In this document: one piece after another, positions 46,813 through 57,600 of the stretch
Numbering within the stretch: the first letter of the stretch is position 1
How the letters are laid out: each line of letters begins with the position of its first letter
Translations under genes and position numbers: made by a program
The notes under the pieces: model-generated
Databases searched by the model: none
What the model was told of the DNA's origin: nothing
Seen by the model: the letters and a program-made list of their open reading frames with translations, nothing else
Virus record (IMG/VR): IMGVR_UViG_3300046010_007863
Length of the DNA: 64,000 nt
Direction: 5' to 3' (one strand)
From: an uncultured virus (IMG/VR IMGVR_UViG_3300046010_007863)
Lineage: Duplodnaviria; Heunggongvirae; Uroviricota; Caudoviricetes

Positions 46813-49326
46813 ATGGCAACTCAACAGGAAATAGTACAGAATATAAATTTTTGGCAGAATTCTCCAACGAAAGAAAGAAAAGACTACTATGCTGGAGTCA
46901 TTTTCAGTCAAACGGGTTTGACACCTGAACAAGTTGTAGCAGCAAATCCAGTTACATTTGCGACTCAGTTGATAACTGATACTCCTACTGAATTTATTGA
47001 GACAACTCAATTTAATTTAGGAAACGGTGTGGTCAGAGTAAATGCTCCACAAACACAGTCTATTGCACCAAGAACAACAGAAACTCCACAGCAAGACCCG
47101 TGTGCAAATGCAACATATAGAATCGGTAAGATAAAAGAACTTGGGACAAAAAACTTTGCTGAATACTCTAGTCCTGACTTTGTTGACATAAATAAACAAT
47201 GTATTCTTATAGGTGAAATCTATAAATGTTGTGAAAATGGAGAAACTAAACTTGGATGGGTAGAACTTGGAAGATCAAAATCTTCTAAATTTTACGAAAA
47301 TTGTCCTGATGGTGGAAAAAGAGCAGTTGCCGAACAATATTATGATTTGAGTGAAATTGGTCCTGGTTCAAGTCTTATATTAGACACACTCGATAAGACA
47401 TTCCAAAATAATACTGTCTCTCTGAGTAGTAAAGAAAATTTAGGATGGTATAATAAAAAATGGTCAGTCGGATGTAATGCCAATCTTTTTAGTGCAAATG
47501 CCGCACAATCAGATGCCGGAAGACAATCATTTCCAACATTTGATACATTTGAAGAGTATTTCAATTATAGATTTACAAATGAAGTTGCATTTGAAAATGA
47601 TGATGTAAGAACAATAACTAATAATCAAGTTATTTATAACGAGTTTTCAACTCCGTCTGGTGTTATTAGTAGAGCTGTAAAGGCAAAATGTGGTGAAAAA
47701 GGTAAATGTATATCTCAACCACCACCTCCTCCTCCAACCGGAGGCGATGGAGGTCCGCCACCACCACAAGATGGTCCTACATTTGGTGAGGAAGAAGAAA
47801 TACCAGGTTCAAGACGGGTGTTTGATGAGACTGAAAAAGTCCCCGTCGAAGGCGGTAGTAGTGGTGCACCACAACAACACCCAAATAAACCATGTAGACT
47901 TGCTGTTGTATCTCTCATAGATGAATATCAACTTGGAGAGTACAAAGTAGGTATACCGGTTTTTGCAACTAAAGCGATGAACCGTCCACCATTGCGATAT
48001 GAAAGTGAACGAGTAATTCCAACAAGAACTTTCAAAGCAAGACTAACACAGTTTATTGATGCGGGACGAGATCCAAACTGTAAATACAAAGAGCACATTG
48101 TAGAATATGAAGAAGACGATCCTTCAGATAAGTGTTTTGGAATAATCAAAAAAGACGTAACACGAATTTATGACGACGGTTTGGTTGAACCATATCTAAA
48201 AGGTGCGTTTGTAAGATATTTCAGAAAACAAGATGCAGACTGTTCACCTGAAACTGTAAAGGTATATCACCCTCTTGATTTAGGTAAAGATGTCATGAAT
48301 GCAAAAATTCGTGCAAAGACTAAAGGTCTATTTGATGGGGCTCAGTCACTTGAATGTCATCACACAAGTTCAACACAATCAACTTCATCTAAACTGTATT
48401 ACTACGAAGTTACAGATTGTGACTCATGTGGAAAAACACCGTACTTTGCTTTGTCATATGGACATAATCAAGGTTCCGGTTCGACTTGGGCCGAAGGTGA
48501 ATTGAATGACACACCAACTCGTTCTGTGTATGGTCAATACAGATCAATAGCACTTGATTTACCGGATACTGAATTTACATTCTACACTAATGGTCAACCA
48601 ACTGCATCAAAAGATATTTATATCATAAACTTCAATAGAAGAGGTATGAGTGATAGAGTTGACCCTGGTAATTGGGAAATTGCTCTTGCCGAATTGAGAG
48701 GTGGTTCTTATGCGAACAATGTATTCACAGGAAGTAATGTTGCAGTTTCATCCTCTAACAAGATTCTAACATTTATTGATGATTCAGGTGACAGATCAGA
48801 TACAGTATCTTGTACACATGATCCATATGTGTCTTATGATGTCATAAGTGGTAGTTTGACATATGGTGTATATGCAACGTCCTCACGTCACACATATGGT
48901 GTTGTTTATCCAAATCTTGGTATTATTGTTCTTGATCCATATAAAATGAATACCGAACTTGGATTCAATACTGTTACTGGTAGTAATGTTGCAGGTGACA
49001 ATGCCTTCAAGTTGTTTACATCAATAAGTGGTTCTGGTGCAACTGGTTCATACATGAAAGCAAGAAACTTGAACTATAAGACAACAAATCATTACTTTGT
49101 TAGAGTTGCAGCACCGTTTGCAAACTATAGTAATAATCCAACATATGTTAGTGGTAGTGATGGTTTATTCTTCCATCCTTGTTTTGATAAAAATCCACAG
49201 ACATATATTACTTCTGTTGGCCTTTATAATGATTTCAATGAACTACTTGCTGTTGCTAAACTAAGTAAACCAATCAATAAATCGTTTGATAATGACGTTC
49301 TAATAAAAATTAGATTGAACTGGTGA
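46813..49326 (+). CDS. Virion structural protein, paralogue 3 of 5, with Cys-rich/polyproline N-terminal extension
   Basis: VYGQYR, VDPGNW, YITSVGLY...LLAVAKLSKP. Confidence 0.75.
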   Translation: MATQQEIVQNINFWQNSPTKERKDYYAGVIFSQTGLTPEQVVAANPVTFATQLITDTPTEFIETTQFNLGNGVVRVNAPQTQSIAPRTTETPQQDPCANATYRIGKIKELGTKNFAEYSSPDFVDINKQCILIGEIYKCCENGETKLGWVELGRSKSSKFYENCPDGGKRAVAEQYYDLSEIGPGSSLILDTLDKTFQNNTVSLSSKENLGWYNKKWSVGCNANLFSANAAQSDAGRQSFPTFDTFEEYFNYRFTNEVAFENDDVRTITNNQVIYNEFSTPSGVISRAVKAKCGEKGKCISQPPPPPPTGGDGGPPPPQDGPTFGEEEEIPGSRRVFDETEKVPVEGGSSGAPQQHPNKPCRLAVVSLIDEYQLGEYKVGIPVFATKAMNRPPLRYESERVIPTRTFKARLTQFIDAGRDPNCKYKEHIVEYEEDDPSDKCFGIIKKDVTRIYDDGLVEPYLKGAFVRYFRKQDADCSPETVKVYHPLDLGKDVMNAKIRAKTKGLFDGAQSLECHHTSSTQSTSSKLYYYEVTDCDSCGKTPYFALSYGHNQGSGSTWAEGELNDTPTRSVYGQYRSIALDLPDTEFTFYTNGQPTASKDIYIINFNRRGMSDRVDPGNWEIALAELRGGSYANNVFTGSNVAVSSSNKILTFIDDSGDRSDTVSCTHDPYVSYDVISGSLTYGVYATSSRHTYGVVYPNLGIIVLDPYKMNTELGFNTVTGSNVAGDNAFKLFTSISGSGATGSYMKARNLNYKTTNHYFVRVAAPFANYSNNPTYVSGSDGLFFHPCFDKNPQTYITSVGLYNDFNELLAVAKLSKPINKSFDNDVLIKIRLNW

Positions 49327-49327
49327 T

Positions 49328-51544
49328 ATGGCAGCGGAATATGAAATCAAAGAAATTGGCTTTATAGGTTCTTTATGGCAAGGTGAATTTAATTCACCAC
49401 TAAACGTCGGTAAAACCATTGAAGTTATAAATGTTCCTAACACGGTAGAATCAGGAAGACATCAATCTATTTTTTTATCAACAAATGAAAATGTTGATAT
49501 TCAAAAACTAAATTCTCAACTTCCCGATATTCAAAACTACTATGAAATGGGAAAACTGAATGAAAAGACTTTGGACGAACTATCACTCTATACTAAAATA
49601 GACAAATCATTTTTGTCTAGTTTAGATGTACTGTATAGATATACCCGAAGAAACCCTTTCAAAGACCCAAATGCAAGCTCTCTACCAATTCAAGAAAATT
49701 GGTCATTTGATACTTCCGATTCAAATAAAGTAATATACATATACAATCAACCACAATTTATAGTTTTTGTAAACTATGTGTTTCTTGTATCGGAAGAATA
49801 TCAAAATACACTATCGAGGTATTTTTTAGAATTACAACAGGGTGGTAATTCAATAAACACACCACCCAGCAATCTTTCTGTTGCAATAGTAAGAAGTTCT
49901 GCTGATTCTACTGTTACATATCCACAAACTCCATTCTTTACAGGAAGGTTGTTTGGTGATGTAATGTTGACTGATGAAATGATAGAAGAGGCTGCTGTAA
50001 CTAAATTTACAAATAATTTGAGTGCTTTCAATCAATCACAAATAGAACCTGTTATTGATGTAACAACAGGACAACCTTTTTCACCTGAACCATTATTTGA
50101 GTCAACTGATAATACTGTCATAAGTTCAAATCTAAAAATTATAGATGATAGATTACTTAGATTATCTACATTTTTAGAACAACAGAAAGTAAATCCTGCT
50201 TTTCCATTTTATACGGTTTCTGCGATAAGAACTGAAATAATATACTTGAACATGATAAAAAATTATCTATTTGAAAGAATAACTCAAATAAATAATGTGG
50301 GATTTCCAGATGAAGAACCAGAACGATACTCTATTTCGGAAGAAGGTGTAATATCAGTATTACCACCACCACCGATAGAAGATTCTAATGAAGTAAAAGT
50401 TTTACAAAATGATATACAACAACAACAAGATGACTTTGCATATTTCATAGATGATATGATAGAAGAGTTGACAATAGACGATAATAATGTATATGTTTTC
50501 AAAAAGTTATCAAAAGTATCGGATTATGATTTACCAATTCTTCGATATAAGACAAAAGGTTTGTTTAGATGCACTGGTGAAAAACTATCCACGTTTTACA
50601 CAGGTTCTCTGACAGAAAAACAAAAAAAGTATTATCTAACGGTATTCAATGAAGCAGAAAATACAACAGATTCATATCATCAATTTGATATAACATATTG
50701 TCATATATCTGGTTCTGGTTCAACTCATATTGAAAATGAAGTTGATTTATATCCTGCAAAAACAATGTATCGCAAATATATGATAGAATGTTTTGGCTAT
50801 ACGAATGGAAAATTCCCATTCAAGAATGGTAAAAATGGTGATTATTTTTACGCAATACAATTGGACAGAACTCAATATAAAGAAAAACTTGATGCAGGAA
50901 ACTTTGAATTATCTCTTTGTGAATTATCATCAAGTGGAACACAATCGCATCCAACATCAACTAGATTTTTTACTCTTATTGATGAAAGTAGAGACACAAA
51001 ACAAGAAATAGTAACCAATGAGGGTATTCAAGAATACTACTATGTGACATCAGGCTCACTTCGTGATGGTGTCTATAATGAGTCAACTGATGATGCGTGG
51101 GGTATTGTATTTCCTAAAATGGGACTGATTGTGTTAGACGGTGTTGTTATGGATCAATCTTGTTCATTCAACACAATAACTGGTTCAGTAGATGGACAAA
51201 ACTCAAATAGATTATTTTTATCAATTAGTGGTGCCGCAGTACCAACATCGTATAGACCAAGTAGTTCTTTTTTTGCTAGATCGTTTGAAACGTTTTTGAC
51301 GGAAACTTATTTTTGCCGTGCAGATTTCAATGAATTCAATCATTCTACTAATTATACATATGTAAGTGGAAGTGACGGGTTTTTGAAATATGATTATTTC
51401 AAAAAAAGACCTCATTCTTACATAACAACAATTGGTTTGTACAACAGAAACAAAGAACTTCTCGCCATAGGCAAACTTAGAAATCCTATATTGAAAAATG
51501 AAGGAAATTCTCGTATATTTGAAGTAGTAGTGAGATTGAATTAA
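49328..51544 (+). CDS. Virion structural protein, paralogue 4 of 5
   Basis: KLDAGNF, FNHSTNYTY, YITTIGLY...LLAIGKLRNP. Confidence 0.75.
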   Translation: MAAEYEIKEIGFIGSLWQGEFNSPLNVGKTIEVINVPNTVESGRHQSIFLSTNENVDIQKLNSQLPDIQNYYEMGKLNEKTLDELSLYTKIDKSFLSSLDVLYRYTRRNPFKDPNASSLPIQENWSFDTSDSNKVIYIYNQPQFIVFVNYVFLVSEEYQNTLSRYFLELQQGGNSINTPPSNLSVAIVRSSADSTVTYPQTPFFTGRLFGDVMLTDEMIEEAAVTKFTNNLSAFNQSQIEPVIDVTTGQPFSPEPLFESTDNTVISSNLKIIDDRLLRLSTFLEQQKVNPAFPFYTVSAIRTEIIYLNMIKNYLFERITQINNVGFPDEEPERYSISEEGVISVLPPPPIEDSNEVKVLQNDIQQQQDDFAYFIDDMIEELTIDDNNVYVFKKLSKVSDYDLPILRYKTKGLFRCTGEKLSTFYTGSLTEKQKKYYLTVFNEAENTTDSYHQFDITYCHISGSGSTHIENEVDLYPAKTMYRKYMIECFGYTNGKFPFKNGKNGDYFYAIQLDRTQYKEKLDAGNFELSLCELSSSGTQSHPTSTRFFTLIDESRDTKQEIVTNEGIQEYYYVTSGSLRDGVYNESTDDAWGIVFPKMGLIVLDGVVMDQSCSFNTITGSVDGQNSNRLFLSISGAAVPTSYRPSSSFFARSFETFLTETYFCRADFNEFNHSTNYTYVSGSDGFLKYDYFKKRPHSYITTIGLYNRNKELLAIGKLRNPILKNEGNSRIFEVVVRLN

Positions 51545-51545
51545 T

Positions 51546-53306
51546 ATGTCATTTCAAAGTGGAAATACCTTAAGTCTTATTTGGAAAAAACTCAAAAAGG
51601 GTGATTATACAGTCAGACCATTTGAGGTTTATAAATTATGGGAAATATCTTCTGATTCCGCAGAACCGAAGAATTATTATGGTTTATTTGACATAATGAT
51701 TTATAGAGCACTTTACCCAGAAAATTACAAGTATTATGGTGGTGTTGCAAATCTTTCATCTTCTTTATACGAACGAGTATTTACAACTCAAAGTCTTGAC
51801 CCTAAACTTTTATGGTATTATCTAGACCATAATTTCTACACAGAATACTCAAAAGAAAAAATTCCAAATGTTATAACTGATTATGATAGAATAACATACT
51901 TAGCAGAATCTAGTTCTATGATGGTTTTACCACAAGGTGTTTTTGGTGAAGGAATCCGCAGAAATTCTGTAAAATTTACTAGTGTTCATCCTACATCTTC
52001 TTATCAAGTTACTATGATGGATGACGGTAAAGGTAATTTGAAAGATTTGGCTTTTGATGAAACAAAGATGGTAGGAACTGATAATCTTCATCTGTATCTT
52101 GGCTTCAATGAGAAGTATAGAGAGTACAATCTTCGCAACAAGCCAATTGATTATGTTTTAGATAATTCACCTCTTGTAAACGAAGTCGAGTCTATTAGGA
52201 ATAAACAGATAAGTTATTTACCAGGAATACCAGTAACAAATACAACACAATCCACTGGTGTTTCCGCGTATCTTGATGGTGGCTATTATGAAGTAAAAAC
52301 GTCTGATAATTTCAATTTTAGCGCTAGAAATAGTTTTGCATTTAGTTTTTGGATAAACATACCACCAACACAATCAAACTTACAATTTACACATAATCAT
52401 TTGTTTGATAAAAGAACAACAAAAGATCTGATTGTAAAAGATAGAATAACAAAAGTTGTATCTGTTGTTGATAGTAATGACCACCCAACTATACAAGGTG
52501 AGTCTTCAAACTATCCGTTTGATATAAAAATCTATAATAGAACCGCAGGTTTAACAGATGAACATAAAATAGAATTTTCCCAAAAGTCTGGAGAAACATT
52601 GTTTTCTGTAACATCCAGTGCCGTTTCTCACTCTGTATGGAATCATATAGTTTGTCAAAAGAGTTCAAGTTACTATCAAGTTTGGGTAAATGGAGTTTTG
52701 AAAGGACAAACAACTGGTTCTGTAACAACAAACACAACGAATACAAACAGATTTTTTATAGGAAGTAACGGTACGTCAAACGGAACATTTTCGGGTTATC
52801 TCGATGAAGTTAGAGTATACAAATCTGGACTAACATCAGAACAAATAAGTTATTTGGGAAATAATAGTTTTGAGACAGGATACGCTTATCAAACTTCTCG
52901 TATAGGAAATGTTTTTTACAAACATGGAATGATTATTATATCTGACCCTAGACCAAAGTATGCAAATGTTTTCTTGGGAAGAACTGGAAGTTTTGATTTT
53001 GGTGGAACTGAATATGGATTTACAGGTTCTTTCCGTAGTACCACAACATTTTATGAACATGAAATTATTTGTAAAATAAGAAAAAGTGAATTTAATTTTA
53101 CACAGAATTGGACTGTTCGTCAAGATAGAAATAACTCATCTCAATTTGTAGATGATTATGCAACTAGTTCGTATTTCAATCCATATATTACAACAATAGG
53201 TTTGTATAACGAAAAACATGATCTTGTTGCAATAGGTAAACTCTCATCCCCACTTGAAAAAAGAGACGATGTAGATATGAACGTAATTATAAGGTTCGAC
53301 GTATAA
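51546..53306 (+). CDS. Virion structural protein, paralogue 5 of 5, with inserted LamG/ConA-like domain
   Basis: FSFWI, WNHIV, VWVNG, FIGS...FSGYLDEVRVY..GLT; PYITTIGLY...LVAIGKLSSP. Confidence 0.75.
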   Translation: MSFQSGNTLSLIWKKLKKGDYTVRPFEVYKLWEISSDSAEPKNYYGLFDIMIYRALYPENYKYYGGVANLSSSLYERVFTTQSLDPKLLWYYLDHNFYTEYSKEKIPNVITDYDRITYLAESSSMMVLPQGVFGEGIRRNSVKFTSVHPTSSYQVTMMDDGKGNLKDLAFDETKMVGTDNLHLYLGFNEKYREYNLRNKPIDYVLDNSPLVNEVESIRNKQISYLPGIPVTNTTQSTGVSAYLDGGYYEVKTSDNFNFSARNSFAFSFWINIPPTQSNLQFTHNHLFDKRTTKDLIVKDRITKVVSVVDSNDHPTIQGESSNYPFDIKIYNRTAGLTDEHKIEFSQKSGETLFSVTSSAVSHSVWNHIVCQKSSSYYQVWVNGVLKGQTTGSVTTNTTNTNRFFIGSNGTSNGTFSGYLDEVRVYKSGLTSEQISYLGNNSFETGYAYQTSRIGNVFYKHGMIIISDPRPKYANVFLGRTGSFDFGGTEYGFTGSFRSTTTFYEHEIICKIRKSEFNFTQNWTVRQDRNNSSQFVDDYATSSYFNPYITTIGLYNEKHDLVAIGKLSSPLEKRDDVDMNVIIRFDV

Positions 53307-53713
53307 TGAAAAGAAATGCAGTTGCGATAAAACACGGGTTTCGTTCTGGTCTTGAAGATACAATCAATGAAAATCTAAAATCCTCAAAGAAAAAGTACAG
53401 TTACGAAACCGAGAAACTCTCCTATATCAAACCAGCCACAAACCACACATACACACCCGACTTTGTTCTACAAAAGAAAAAGGGTGGAACAATGTACTTG
53501 GAAACAAAGGGACGTTGGGTAAAAGCTGATAGAGAAAAGATGGAACTGATATTCAACCAATATCCAAACATAGACATTAGGTTTGTCTTTCAGAATCCAA
53601 ACGCAAAACTCTACAAGGGAAGTAAAACAACGTATGCCCAATTCTGTGAAAAACGTGGTTGGTTGTGGTCAAAGAAAGAAATTCCACAAGAATGGTTGGA
53701 TGATTGTTTGTAA
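53306..53713 (+). CDS. T7 endonuclease I-like Holliday junction resolvase
   Basis: GFRSGLED, YTPDF, ETKGRW, DIRFVFQN, KGSKTTYA. Confidence 0.9.
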   Translation: MKRNAVAIKHGFRSGLEDTINENLKSSKKKYSYETEKLSYIKPATNHTYTPDFVLQKKKGGTMYLETKGRWVKADREKMELIFNQYPNIDIRFVFQNPNAKLYKGSKTTYAQFCEKRGWLWSKKEIPQEWLDDCL

Positions 53714-53745
53714 ATCTCCTCAAATAGTCGTATATTGGTTTTACT

Positions 53746-54699
53746 ATGATAAACCACGACTTATTACATCTGTTAGAACAAGTTTTAGGTAAAGGAAAGA
53801 AGACCTCCGGCAACAACTATTCTTTCTTTTCCCCATTCGTTTCCCACTACAAACCAAAGTTGGAGATAGATGTTTCATCTAACTCTAAAAACCAAAACTT
53901 CTGGCATTGTTGGATTTCCAACGAAAAGGGTAGAACAATACAATCCCTGTTCAAACGTCTACGAGTAGACCGTCAACACTACGAGTCCCTCAACAGAATC
54001 CTCAAAACAAAGGCACTTCACACATTCGTCAATACCGACGATAAAGACGAGGAGTTGAGATTACCACCAGAGTTTATCCGTCTTACGGACTTTGGTTCTA
54101 TACGAGACATCACAATTGCAATGCAAATAAAACAAGCGGTATCTTACCTAAAATCTCGTGGTATTCTCCCAACAGATATTTTCAGGTACAACATCGGTTA
54201 TTGTCCAAATGGTATCTATGGTGGTAGAATTATTGTCCCATCATATGACGATAATCTAAACCTAAACTTCTTTGTTTCCCGAACTATCTTTGAAGATGTA
54301 AACGCAAAGTATAAAAACCCACCTGTAAGTAAAGACGTTGTTGGATTTGAATCCCTCATAAATTGGAAAGAACCGATCACACTTGTTGAAGGTGTATTTG
54401 ATGCCATTTCTGCCCGTTTCAATGCCATACCACTATTCGGTAAAATTGTCCAACCTCTTCTAAAAGAAAAGATACTCATTCGTAAACCACCAAAGGTTAT
54501 TGTTGCCCTTGATAATGATGCGATGAAGGACTCCATAAAGATTTGTGAGTGGTTGATTTCAAACGGAATCAAAACAAGTATGGTAAAACTTCCAGATAAA
54601 GACATCAATGAATTTGGATTTCAAAGATTTTCAGAGTATATTGAAACATTACCATCGGTAGATGGGTTTGATTTGATGAAAGAAAGGATATTAGTGTGA
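53746..54699 (+). CDS. DNA primase (DnaG/gp61-like TOPRIM)
   Basis: YLKSRGI, RIIVPSY, KYKNP, LVEGVFDA, LDNDA, KDINE; promoter-like TTTGTA...CG-TATATTG at 53707-53737. Confidence 0.88.
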   Translation: MINHDLLHLLEQVLGKGKKTSGNNYSFFSPFVSHYKPKLEIDVSSNSKNQNFWHCWISNEKGRTIQSLFKRLRVDRQHYESLNRILKTKALHTFVNTDDKDEELRLPPEFIRLTDFGSIRDITIAMQIKQAVSYLKSRGILPTDIFRYNIGYCPNGIYGGRIIVPSYDDNLNLNFFVSRTIFEDVNAKYKNPPVSKDVVGFESLINWKEPITLVEGVFDAISARFNAIPLFGKIVQPLLKEKILIRKPPKVIVALDNDAMKDSIKICEWLISNGIKTSMVKLPDKDINEFGFQRFSEYIETLPSVDGFDLMKERILV

Positions 54700-57600
54700 T
54701 ACAACAAACACTCATTTCAAAAAGAGTAAACAAAGTAGATAACGTCATTCATATTGCTGACGTTCATATTCGTAATTTCAAGAGACACGATGAATACGAG
54801 TCGGTATTCAATCGCGTATATGATTATTGTAAAGAACAAGTCCAACAAGATAAGAACACAATCATTTATCTTGCAGGAGATATTGTTCATGCAAAAACAG
54901 ATATGTCTCCTGAACTTATTGTAATGACGAGAAACTTCCTCGTGAACCTTTCTGATATTGCACCTGTTCTTCTTATCGCTGGTAATCACGATATGAATCT
55001 GAATAACCGCAATCGTTTGGATGCCCTTTCACCAATCGTGGACTCAATAGATACACCTGACTTCTTTTATCTGAAGGATACAGGGGTCTACAACCTCGGT
55101 GGTGTCAATTTTATTCTGAATGCTGTACACGAAGACCCTGACAATTTTATCAAGGCAGAGGACGTTGTAGGGGACGGAATAAAGGTAGTATTTTATCACG
55201 GAGCTATTGACAGAGCAGATATTGGATTTGGTCAAACAATCAAGAACAACAGAATCAATATGGATATGTTCAAGGATTTTGACTTTGGTATGTTTGGTGA
55301 TATTCACTCGTTTCAGTATCTACATCCAAACAACAAGTTTGCCTATGCAGGTTCTCTTATCCAACAAAACTTCGGTGAAGGATTGGTTCACGGAATTATT
55401 CATTGGAATCTTCGCGAAGGTAAATCAACATTTGTTCAGATTCCAAACGATTGGTCTCACTACACTATTGATATTGACGAAGGTAAGTTTGTAAATCTAC
55501 CAACTGAATTTTCGATTCATAACCGAATTCGTGTTCGTTCTTACAATACTCCAAACTCCGAACTTATGAAGGCGGTAGCCAAACTAAAATCAATCGTGAA
55601 GGTTGACGATATTCGTATTCAGAAGTTCTCAACAAAACCAACCAACGGACAAACACAATCAACGATTTCTATCGGTGATGTTCGTGATGTTGAATACCAA
55701 AACAAACTCATCGGTGATTATCTTGAAAAAGAGTTTGCGGTAGAAGAAGAAGTAATAGATGAAGTCAGAAAGATAAACAGAACAATCAATACAAATCTCA
55801 ATAAATCAGTTGTTCTTCGTAATGTAATTTGGAATCCAATCAAGTTTGAATTTGACAATATGTTCTCATATGGAGAAGGAAATAAGATTGATTTCAGTCA
55901 AATGAATGGAACGTATGGTATTTTTGCTGCAAATGCAAGTGGTAAGTCATCTGTATTGGATGCCCTTATGTTCTGTATCTTTGATAAGTGTTCTAGAACG
56001 TTCAAGGCATCACAAGTTCTCAATAATAAGAAAGATACATTCCGTTGTAAGTTCCAATTCCAAATCAATGGAAAAGATTACTGGATTGAACGTATCGCCA
56101 CAAAAGATAAGAGAGGGCACGTAAAGGTTAATGTTGATTTCTGGCACGAAGAAAGTGGTGAAAAGATTTCTCTCAATGGTGATGATAGAGATGGAACAAA
56201 CTTTGCAATCCGAAACTATCTCGGTACATATGATGACTTTATCATTACTGCATTTTCCCTACAAGGAAACAACACGAACTTTATTGATAAGGCACAGAGA
56301 GAACGTAAAGACCTTCTGGCACAATTCCTTGATCTCAATCTGTTTGAAGAGTTGAGTACGATTGCTTCCGATGAAATCAAGTCAGTTCAAACTCTCATCA
56401 GAGAATACTCACGTCAGGATTACTCTACGAAGATTGCAACTGCAAACGATAATCTCAAACGTTCACAATTAGATTTAGATGAAATCAATGAAGAACGTGA
56501 TTTATATCGTTCTCGTTTGGATTCCAAGAACGAAGTTATTATGGAACTTACCAAGGCACTCAAACCAATTGACGACCGACTGATGGGTCATAACTTGGAA
56601 GAACTAACTCAAAAGAAAGATGAGTTTGTTCGTAAGGTTGCATCTTGTAGAGAAGAAACATCAAGACTTGAAATTGAACTCGGTGATGAAAACAAAATTC
56701 TATCGGAACTTCAAACTCAATTTGATTCAATTGACTCGGATAAATTACAACAAGATTGGGAAGTTCTACAAGAAACAACTCAATCAATTTCAAAAACAAA
56801 ACACAAGTTAGAAAACATCCGACTTCAAATTAGTCACAATCAATCCAAGATTGATAAGTTGTCTACACACGAGTATGACCCCGATTGTAAGTTCTGTACT
56901 AACAATGTGTTCGTTCAGGATGCAAAATCAGCAGAGGAAATCCTCGTTGACCTCAATAAAGAACGTGGTATTCTTGAATTTGAATTGGCTGAATTAGAAG
57001 TTATAGGTCATAAATTGAATTACGTTGAAGAACAGAAAAAGAATTATCAAGACCTTGAACGAAAAGTCCTCGGTAAGCAAAAACAAATTCACGAGATTGA
57101 AAAGAAGATCTCACAGAATGGAATCACCTGTGATGACCTAACTTCAAAGACGGAAAAGATTGAAGACCTTATTATATCGTATGTTCAGAACGAAGGTATC
57201 ATCAAGGAAAACCAACAAATTCAAACAAAGATTTCTGTTGCGGAGAGGGAACGTAATGACTTTACATCAGAACTAAAACGTCTTGAAACAAAGTATATTA
57301 CACTTGCTGGTGAGATAAAGGTCTATGAAAAAACAATTCAAGATTGTGCAGAATCAATCAAGAAACTTCAAGAATTGGAAAAACAATTCAAGGCGTATGA
57401 CTTCTATCTAAAGGCTGTAAATCGTAACGGAGTCCCATATCAATTGATTTCAGATGCAATGCCAAAGGTTCAAGCTGAAGTAAACTCTATCCTTTCACAG
57501 ATTGTTGACTTTGAAATACTCTTTGAAACGGATGGTAAGTCAATCAATACATACATCGTATATGATGATGAAAACTTCTGGCCTCTTGAAATGACATCGG

